Shown here piece after piece: positions 53,799 to 64,000 of a stretch of 64,000 nt of DNA; positions within the stretch are counted from its first letter, which is position 1, and the number at the start of each line of letters is the position of its first letter. The DNA is from Kudoa neothunni (lineage: Eukaryota; Animalia; Cnidaria): assembly GCA_964304625.1 (NCBI GenBank), contig OZ199838.1, positions 6,807,731 to 6,871,730 on the forward strand, read 5' to 3'. The position numbers and the translations under genes were made by a program. Below the pieces are notes generated by a model. That model saw nothing but the letters and a program-made list of their open reading frames with translations. It made no database searches and was not told where the DNA came from.

Positions 53799-56700
53799 AG
53801 TAACGGTTTGGGGTCGATATCCCCCGAATTTTTACGAGGATTAATTCTCTCCTTTTCAGTTACCGCGAATCGAATCGCCGATCATTTGCGAAGACTCCGC
53901 TAATCCCTTCAAAAGTTGCATAAATGGCCCCTGTTTGTGATCAGTTGGATTAAATTTATGTTAGGCCTCATCCCAACTGCCTGGGGGTGTGGCAAGGGGC
54001 TGGCGACACTTTACGTGATCACCAAATTTCTCACACATAACCACTCATTATTGTCTGGTTGGCGTTTATGAGACATTCTCGTGGAGATTGTGTGACAAAA
54101 AATCCCAAAAATTATTTTTGAGTAAAAATTAAGAATTAATCCGTCACCTATTAGAGTCATCATCATATAATCCAATATTCCGGATTAAGCTTATCTCAAG
54201 AGATTAGTAAAATGTGATAGAAAATCAACGGGTCACATGAGATTAATCGATTAGATGAGGGCCAAAAACAGGGATTGCAACTCGATCATACACCTCTCTC
54301 TTGTTTTTCTCCTACCTTTGCGGCAAACGCCCAACCGCAAAGTTTATGTTAAATTTCAAGCATAGGATTTTAAGTTACTCAACAACAAAGACTTAAGTCG
54401 AAAATATTGTTCCTCTATCATTTTTTGACGAAAATTATTTGACAGAAATTATTATATAGCGTGGAAAATACATGAAGTTTATTAAATTTTAAAAAATAAA
54501 ATTATTTTAATATTTTTGTATTCGAATTTTTTTAATAAATTAATCGAAAATTTATTCTTGGTGTAAATATGACTTGGATATTCTGATGTGAGCTCGTTCC
54601 GATATTAAACTTTTATCACCTTAAATATTCAGGATCAAATATATTTATCTGAAAAATAAATTCAAATTCTTAGTACATTTTAAAATCTGAATATTTTACT
54701 CAGCTCATATTCTAGTGTTAGGAAGGGCTTTGAAACAAAATAATAGAATTTATGAAATTGTATTTGCGCGCGCGTGCGAGGATTTTCTTCAAAATCCACA
54801 TTTCATTTTTTTACTTAAACTCCTTTCAAAACTTCGTTAATGGTCTCAATTTTTTACATTCTTTAGGTGGTCAAATTTTTTTCCTTCAATATCTAATTTT
54901 TACGTCTTTACATAACTTATTTAGCGAAGATTTAAACTTTAAAGTTTTATTATGGTTATTTAATTTTTAATCAAACAAAAGTCCTTACGTTTTAATTATT
55001 TATTTATTGTGCCATTATTGGATAAATGGTTCTTTCATATTTGGTAACTTGCTAGTTGTGTGAAAAACAACTCAGAAAATTTCTATTAAATTTACGTTAT
55101 AATAAAGTCATTTAGACATTTTTGTACAGCCCTGATCAATAGATACTAGTGGTACACGTGCCTTCTCGTATGATTAGCAGTTTTACCTTTGAAATCGCAT
55201 TGTTTATTTGCATCGTTAATATTATCATCAGTTTAATGTTAAATTTGGCTAAAATCTCATGTACCCCAAATTAATTCTCATATAAATTGAGGATTTAAGG
55301 TTAAATAAACAAGATTACGTTAAGTCTCCGACAGAAATTAAGTGTATTTCCACCTCAAAGCAATTATTGATTATTCAGTAAATTTTACTCGATATAAAAG
55401 CGACAAACACAATTTATATATCTACTAATTTTCCATCCTAATGTGATACATAAAAAGATTTAGTTTTATTTTATCATGATGACAAATATCAGCGTTAACA
55501 CAACCTCCAAGTAAACTTGGGGTAAATACACACAAAGGTTTTTTTTGATAAACTTATTAAGAACATTTGTTGAAATCTATATGGAACTTTTTAGATAATT
55601 CTAATGGTTAAAAACTCGTAAATTGACGTTTTAACCTCGAATAAGTCATTGTTTTAACCCCGAATTTCATGTAAATTTATTATATTATGTTATCTAAAGA
55701 TTCATATTATTAATGGAAAAAATTTTTTCCTGACTTAAAGTTGAGTTTTAACTAAAGTGGAATATTGTTACATCCTTTAATTCTGGTTTTATACTCTATT
55801 AATCTCTTACATGTGATTCCTTCTTACAAAGATAGATCTTATTGTTTCCAAAGATTTCCATTTGATTCAATCGTTATGTATCTGTTTCTATTTATTAGAC
55901 CGTTTACTGTTGATACATAATTATCCGATATCTATATTAATGCAAAATTGCGAATTATAATAAAATGTAACGAAACTTTTTAAAAATATTTTCCAGTTTT
56001 TAATAAAATTACTATTAGGTATATACAAAAAACAATTAACATAAGAAATTGATTATGATGTTGGAATAAGAAAAGAAAATCTTATAGTGATTTTTCGGTT
56101 TTTATTCTAACTGAAGTTTATCCAGTTTTCTTTCAAATAATATGCGAGTAAAAAAGAAATTAAAAAAATATATTAGAATCATATTTACTTTCATATTCAG
56201 TATGTTATCTGATACTAAACTTGTTTTTTTTTGTAATTAGCGGAGAATTTTAAAAATACTTAATTTTAGTTTAAAATTGTATTCGCTTGAATTAATGTGT
56301 AAAATATGACATCCAATGATAACACATCTTGGATGTGTTAATAAAACTTGAAGACAGCTAACCGATTAATTGTTGAGCCCTAAAATGATTAAACTAATCC
56401 AACTGGGCTCTTGGAGCTCAGTTCAACCTTTACGTGACTCTCCGATGAGGTAATGGGGGAGTATCCACCATCCACCTCCAAAAATTTTCCCTTTTGCGCT
56501 AATGCAAACCTACCGATTTTATACATTTTTCAAATATGGAGTGAACACAAATATCTTTAAGAATATCAGTTTAAAAAATCAATAAAAATGCGGCTTCGGT
56601 CATTATCGTAGCGTGCGTATAACTTTGCGCGTTCTTTTTTGTGCTTTATTTCCCTAAGTTTCCACATATGTACAACTTTGAGGCTATCATTATCTCCAAA

Positions 56701-57249
56701 CTAGTCATATTATAGCATTCAAGTGTTAAAATCATATTTGGCTCGGCAGTAATAGATTTAGATATAAAGTTTGAATTTAAATTAACTTCTATCCAGAAAG
56801 AATTTTTAAAAATTAAAAGTTTAGTTAATTAGAAATGTGAAAACCAACTAATTTTAGTTTATATAATTTTCTTAGTGGTTCATTTTTTTAATGGAGTGAG
56901 TAAATGTGATATTACTATGACTTTCATAATATTTCTCATATTTTTAATACATTAGAAACTTATAAATTATTTAATAAATTACTGCGTATGGAAAATATAA
57001 TCACTGGATGGAAAAATTAATAATTAAAAAAATCGTTTTGTGTGAGAAGGTATACATAATGATTTTTAGTTCTAGAGACTAGACCAACGCAAACATATTA
57101 AAAATGAAGCATTTAGTTTATTTTTATTACTTCGTCACCCAAGACAACCAACAAGTAACCAATGTTTGTTATAAATTTTTTAACAACTTATATTACATGG
57201 AAATAAAAAATTATCGGCACACCACGTATCCTTCGCAAAAGCTTCGTTT

Positions 57250-57745
57250 TTAAATGGTGTCATACAACCTCTTGAAGAATTAGGGGTATAAGAGTATATT
57301 TTTCCCTTCGGTCCACAAGGAAAAATCTCGACTCCAGCAATTTACGTTTACCTTCATCGTCAACGGAGTATTCACAAATCTCAACTACCCACGGACCTTC
57401 TATTCTATTCTTATATCTTTCGACATTAGTGCCACCAGAATCATCATTAGATGATGCCGGAGAATAGGTTTCATTAGGGGCGCTTCTCCAGACATCTGCT
57501 CTCAAGTACCTAACACGATTATTTTTCCGTTTTCCCCTCAAAAGGCATTCGTCTATTTCAATAATTCTTTTTCCGTCAAACTTTTTACGCCACTGGAAAC
57601 CTCCCCAAAAAATTTTTCTTAAAGATGAGTACCAATATGTAATAGTTTTTCATGTTATTCTAGTTAAAATAATCGTCTTGCATCTAAACTCTTCCATAGC
57701 CCACGAATTGACCAGCTAGCAAATGTCGGAGACCGATAACTTGGA
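57250..57745 (-). mobile_element. Merlin (IS1016/ISXO2-like) transposase remnant
   Basis: SKL...W...KTITYWYSSLR, then IEIDECLLRGKRKNNR, GPWVV and FFLVDRREKYTLIPLILQEV. Contains stops and a frameshift. Confidence 0.8.
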
Positions 57746-59129
57746 AGAATTTCTTACAATAAAATTGTTAAAATAAAACATCAGATTTACTATAAAATTG
57801 CATATGTAAAAATGATACCTTTGAATTTCATAAATTCAAACGAAAGTTGATCAATTACAATAATAAAATCATATTTCACGTACCAATTTTAAATTAAATA
57901 TATTAATTTTACATTTCGAATCAAGAATCGGGTTTAATGTTAAAATTAATTAAGCTTCGCTTTTTGCCATGAAAGATTCGTATAGGTCCGTTTATACATA
58001 AAAATTATGGTTAATATTATTTAATTTATTCTTAAATCAATTTTATTCCCATTAATTATTGATGAACAATCTAATATTTAAACATTAAAACTATCTTTGA
58101 CAGTTTTTTCTACAGCCCTCAACCCCTACACCTTTTCATTTATACCTCTTAATTTATAACCTTATATCATTTTAAGTTGATGTAAGTTATTATTGATTAG
58201 GAGATTCTGAAGTGAGTGATCCATAACAATTATAATTTCGATTATTAAAAAAATTTCTATGTTTATATAAAGCGGCATAAGCAAATTTATTCTTTTATTC
58301 AATTTATATACCTTAACACGTAAAATTGAGCATTCTAGGAAGACTAAACGTTGAGAAATGATATTTAAAAACTCTAAATCCAAAAAAATCGTATTCAGTG
58401 TTAATGTTTCTTCCTTAAAAAATTTAGAGATGATTCTATAATTTTAATTTCGTATAAATCATATCAACTTAATTATTATTCATGTGAAAGTTACAAATTG
58501 ATCCGACATTTTGTCTTCTTATTCTCAATTAAGTATGGATGAATATTCGTAATGTTATGATAAAATAAGGCTTCACTAAAACTAATAAGTTAGAACCAGA
58601 ATTAAGATGGTAACCGAAATTTATTAAATCCTTGAAACGAGCGCTGGTAGAAAAATCTGGATTAGTATGATTCAAGACGGTTGCACCGAAAGTAATAATA
58701 TGATTATTAGCATCGCCGACGAACCCCCACTCGTGAAAATTGTGATTCTTTGATTTAGCTTTTTTGACATCGGTTCCTTATCACACAATAATTAAAAATG
58801 TATTAAGTTGAATTAAATTAAAATTGGGAATGTTAAGCATGTTATATTTTGTGCATATTCGCCAAAATTTCATCTATATTTTAAATAAGCATTACCTACC
58901 TGCCAACCGACACAATAAAATTAGTTAAAGGTTTGGCGAATTTACACAAAATATACCAGATTTATAACAAAATAATAGAAAGGTGGACTCGCGAATCCAA
59001 TGGTTATCTGTCAAGGGTTCATTCACGCATGTTCGTCTGCTAACGCAAAAATAATTGTGCGCGTGCGTTCGCGGATAGATCTTGCTATTTTCGATTAAAA
59101 TCTATTTTCGTCGATTTTAATCGTCAAAT

Positions 59130-59397
59130 TTTTAAAAATTGTTTGACATTTATTTTTGACACTGACTATTGCTATGGATCCGTATAATCCGCATGAACGG
59201 GTTGTCTCTAGCGACGGGAGGGAATAACTCAAAGTATAAAAATCAACTAAAAATCAATCTTAATTTTTTGTTTCTCTCGTTCTAACGGTTTTGTATTATA
59301 TTATCGCGCGTGCATGTCAGCTAAACTTCGGCGAGACCTCTCCGTTCGTGTTTGACAGCTTTTCAAATCAAAACATAGCTTTATATATAAAACGTAG
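59130..59397 (+). repeat. Unclassified dispersed repeat, copy 3
   Basis: TATTGCTATGGATCCGTATAATCCGCATGAACGGGTTGTCTCTAGCGACGGGAGGGAATAACTC ... TTTATATATAAAACGT. Confidence 0.65.
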
Positions 59398-61689
59398 CTA
59401 TATTGAAATTCAAGAAAATATTCTTAAATAATAATTTCGAGGGGATATGAATGATATTTCAAGCGGGGAAAAAATTTAATATTCGGATAATTATTGACAA
59501 TATAGACAGGAAATTCATAAAAAATTAACTTAACCAACGTTTCAAATAGAGTAAATTAATCATTAATAATATAAAAGGTCCCTTTTATGAAAAAATTGCC
59601 CAATTAATCATAAATGAGCGCGCATATGTGTCGAAAGAAACTTTCACCTAATCCTGGTTGTTTGGAAAAACGTCTAAAATTCGACGTTTATAAATCGTAA
59701 CACAATGTCCAAACCAGTACTCGAACATGGGTTATTTGCATTAAAAGGTGGTGGTGCTAGACCGCACTGCTCCCGATCGCGCATCTGTGGTCGGGGGGTT
59801 GCAACCCTTTAATCCACATATTACATAAATATTCGTTGATAATTACAAGCTATATTTTGGGATGTTTACAAAATATTTCTTCAATTACTCAAAATTCTAA
59901 TAAAAAATTTTTAGTATAAAGAGATTATTTATAATTTTCAAATGTTTTTGTTTAAAAAAATTCTACGGTTTGTTTTCACCTGCATTTTACTAGGAGGTGT
60001 CAATTTTTTATTTAACCCAATAAGTTAAATATATTTTATGTATCTATAAGATTGATTAAATTAAGTATAGAGTTTTGTCCTATTGTTCATGATTTGTAGT
60101 TGATTTCAAGTAATCATATCTATTTACCGAATATCAAACTGGATTATCGAATTAATCACATCGTTTACATTTATTCCCAGATGAAAATACGAAAAGTTAT
60201 TCTTCTCATTGTTTGTAAACGAATAAGATTCCTAATAAACTTTAGTTAAATGAATCGGTGGCCCAACTGGCTAAATTGTTCAATAAAAATTTCATGTGTG
60301 CAACTTATATGCAAGTAATGAACTAGTCTAGTACGGGGCGACTCCACATGATGAGGTTCCGTTTCCCGACCTATTGTCCACCAACTCCGTTGCATTAAAT
60401 CAAATTTCTACTTGGAAATATTAACCCAGCCCACATAGATTGATATTTTTTATGCCTATATAATTTTTTGATAATATTACTGAAAACTATATCATTTAAT
60501 GCGAACTTCCCAATATAAATATTGGGAAGCTATAAAATAGTTTCCACATCCATATCGAAAAAAAAAATTATTCACGAGAGGTTATTAGAGCTCAAAGATG
60601 TAAAAAAAAGTTTGTTTTTTCATAAATTTCTATATCAGCTTAATATACGTTGAAGCGACATTATTTATTTTGAAAATGATATAGAAACTAAGGATTTAAA
60701 ATTTTTTGGATACATTAATTTTATTACTACAAAATCACCTTTGGGGTAAAAAAACGGTTTGAAGTATTTCTATTTTGTAGAAAATGGTCCAAATAACAAG
60801 ATATTACATTCTTAATTTTATAATCGTTTGATATATCAATGCTTCTTCTGGATCAGGTTAAAAATTCGTTCGCCATTTTAAAACCTGCTAACCTTAACAT
60901 TATAATATCGCGGTTTTTACTTGAAATGATCATAAACCATCTCACAATATGTGTAGCGATATTTTGACTTTACTAATTTTTAAATCATCATATAAAAGCA
61001 ATTTTTGTATCCAATAATTTTTTGACTAATTCGAGTATTGTATTTTTATTAATTTTTAATTTAATTTATTAAAACCAAAATTTCAAATTGAATACTAACT
61101 TTAATTAAAATTTTGAAACTTTTTGTTATTAAAAACTTTAATGGATTAATATCAAAAATAAAATTTTAAAAAGTTGTAAGTAATCCTTCATAAGTTTTTT
61201 TACATGAAAAATTTGAATTCTTAACATTTCACAATAAATCAACATTCCTTCAAAATTATAAAAGAAAATAACAATTTCTACTATAAAAATAAATGTGAAA
61301 TTTGAAACTGTAACTCGACATTCTTACCGAAAGCATCTTTAGCGGATAGAAAAACCAGTTGTACAATGTTACAGTAGAGATAACACTAACCTTTCGTATA
61401 AAATAGAATTTTTTGTTAAAATGCCGCCACAATTACTTTAGGTAAAACTATAATAGAATAATGTCACTGATAGAAAAAAAAGTAAAATTTTAAAGCCAAT
61501 TTAACTAGCATAAGGTCCGTTTAACTTTCAGTATTATCTGAAGCAATAGCATAAATAGAAATTCTTTAATTACGATTGTATTAATAGAAATTGAACATAA
61601 TCTTACCCGAGAGAAATTGATTTTTAAAAAAAGATGGTTATAGATTTGATTAATCCTTCAATAAGTTGCAGCGGTATTCTAGCGATATA

Positions 61690-63464
61690 CAGTAGGTAAC
61701 TGATTTTCCGTAACATTCCTCTCGCGCAAAAATAAAAAAATATACTTTTTTTAAATAAATAAATTCATTTCATTTATACAATCAGATACTTTTATTGAAA
61801 CAATACGTTATTTTATGTTATTTGTAATTATATTTTTAAATGTGTATGTCGTAAATTTTTTATGTTAACTCATGATTTCGTCCAGGTAATCAATTCCTCT
61901 CTGTCGTATATTTCTTCTGCATGTTTAAATATTAGGATGAATCTTTTGATGATATAAATTCTACCATTCGTTCATCTTTAGTTTCAAAATTAGCAGATTC
62001 AACAATCAAAGGAGTAAATACGTCAGAGTGCTTTGATGTAGGCATATTGACTTCTTGAATCATCTCGGAGTTTCCAGCGGAGAATTCTTTATAGAGTAAA
62101 TTAATATTTAATGAACGCTCGTGTTTATCGGCTGCAGGAAACTCATATTTTCTGAAGCAATTAAATATAATATCCTTTGAAACACCGTCCCATGTTTTAT
62201 TAATTAGGAGCAATGTTTAAGCGAATCGTGGGAGGACGTATATATATCACTGCTAACTGCAGCAATATGGCTTTATATTAAATTATTTTTGTAATTATGT
62301 TTGAATGAGCAAATGATTCCGTGGTCTAATATCTAATAGTTGCAAAACGCCTGTTGAATTTTTTGTGAGGAATATGAGAGAGATATTGGACAAATAAATT
62401 TCGGCGTGGCAAGTGACATTATTAGGAAGTAGTAAACTCCCTTGTATTTTGTTCTGAATACATCGTTAAAATTAGAAAGATATTCCTTAAATGGCTCCCT
62501 AGTTATCCATTCTTTCCTGTTTGATTTTTATTTTACTAGTAATGTTTTAGAATTTTCAAAACAACGTGGTTTTTGTGATTTCCAATCACAAGAGATTCAA
62601 TGCAACCTCCAGGCATAGATGCACGTCGCAAAACAGTAACTATTTTTTTCGATTTTTTCCCCGCTAGACTTTTTTTCTCTCGACAAAGCATAGCATTAAA
62701 AGTAATGGACCTCTGCTGTTAGTAAAATAGTACAGTTTCGTCATGGTTATAGATACAGTCATCTTGCTACCTTGACTTAGCCATTCAATTAAGATTACCA
62801 ATTTTCTACAAAACTTTAGTCAACATAAATAACATCACCATGGGACGTGATATTTTTAAATTGCATCGTGATTTAAAACCAAGAAATCAATCATAGTCAT
62901 TACTACGTTTAGGTTCAATTCTTTTGTCAATTGGTTTCTTTCATGTATATCATGAGCAGATAGTTCAACTTTTTTTCTCTCAAGGAGTTCACTCAGTCAT
63001 ATACTAAAGTATCTATGTCGTGATTTGAACACTGTTTAAAATGTTTTCTCTCTGAAGAAGCCAAGCTAGTTTATAGGATAAAACTCTATCTTTCTTTCTG
63101 ATCAAGATGATATCTAGAGTAGAAATAGAAAGGAGCTTAAATTTACGAAAAGTAGTTTTGATGCACTCCTGTTTAGTATACTTTAAAAAAATCAATAAAT
63201 TTATAGTTTAGTTTTATTATTTCCACATTTTTAAATTTCCCAGACATTATAAATGTAAAAAAGGCACACTACTAAATCCACCTATAGCTGAAGAGTTACG
63301 GAAATTCGGTCAAGCGCTAATAATAGGAAAAAACCACTTTTCAACGTTAAATTTTTAAACTTTTTGTAAATTATTATTAAAACCGACAAATAAATAGTTT
63401 AAAATATTTCAATAATATTTTAATGGAAGAAAGTCCGAAGTTACCGAAAATCGGTTACCTACTG
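61690..63464 (-). mobile_element. Second pogo/Tigger transposon, heavily decayed
   Basis: TA|CAGTAGGTAACTGATTTTCCGTAAC ... GTTACCGAAAATCGGTTACCTACTG|TA. Minus-strand fragments SHGD, YNHDETVLFY and WDGVSKDIIFNCFRK. Confidence 0.88.
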
Positions 63465-64000
63465 TAATTCATTATTGTTGATTAGAAGATTCGTTTATAT
63501 TAGTGTATAATGACTTTAATCATAATAATGAAAAGTTTTTTTTTCAATTTATTAGCCTAATTTCAGCTATAGAAAATTATTAAAAAATCAATAACGTTGA
63601 TTTTTATCTGGTAACAATTACTAACTTGCAACAACATATAGAATAACAGAAGTTATACGTTCAGACAATGTATAATTTTATCTTCAAAATTAAGTAACTA
63701 AATCAGTAAGTTACATGAGGAAAATAACTGAGAAAAACTGTCAGGACCAATTAGACTTCAAATTAAGACGATTAATTCAAAGTGCTTTCTTTTGTAACTA
63801 AAAGATATTTATAAAATTTGTAAATGTTTAATAAAAGTATTTATTCTATCTACAGGAGGATCCAGTTTTTAACCCAATAATAAATTCATATTTGATTAAT
63901 ATGAAAGCAAATCACTTTTCAGCCTAATTGTTGAGATGCCAAACAACTGCATTAACGTAACTATGTCCCCGTAGACTAGATTATCGATGACGTGATTGCC

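Noticed and set aside
54110-61680. Host protein-coding gene in the last 10 kb
   Set aside because: Only transposon remnants and low-complexity ORFs were found.

Overview
This is an AT-rich eukaryotic (animal-type) nuclear window with divergent proteins and very short GT-AG introns, mostly about 38-70 nt. That pattern suggests a reduced parasite such as a myxozoan, but this is inference and the taxon cannot be fixed from this sequence. I reconstructed eight genes by hand: VPS53 (-), mitochondrial HSP60 (+, CDS intronless), FKBP8 (+), GGTase-I beta PGGT1B (-), DHX16/Prp2 (-), ATG5 (+), TDP1 (+) and a Mi-2/CHD3-5 remodeler (-). The spacers and the few long introns are filled with decayed transposons: two pogo/Tigger elements and a related MITE, an internally deleted piggyBac, a Merlin remnant, hAT MITEs, non-autonomous Helitrons, a tRNA-headed SINE family and one unclassified repeat. 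I found no convincing new biological system. The best leads are clustered +1 frame breaks in an otherwise intact VPS53 (assembly error is the leading explanation, recoding is the alternative), the SINE family, the unclassified repeat that forms an inverted pair in a VPS53 intron, and the remodelled CHD PHD region.
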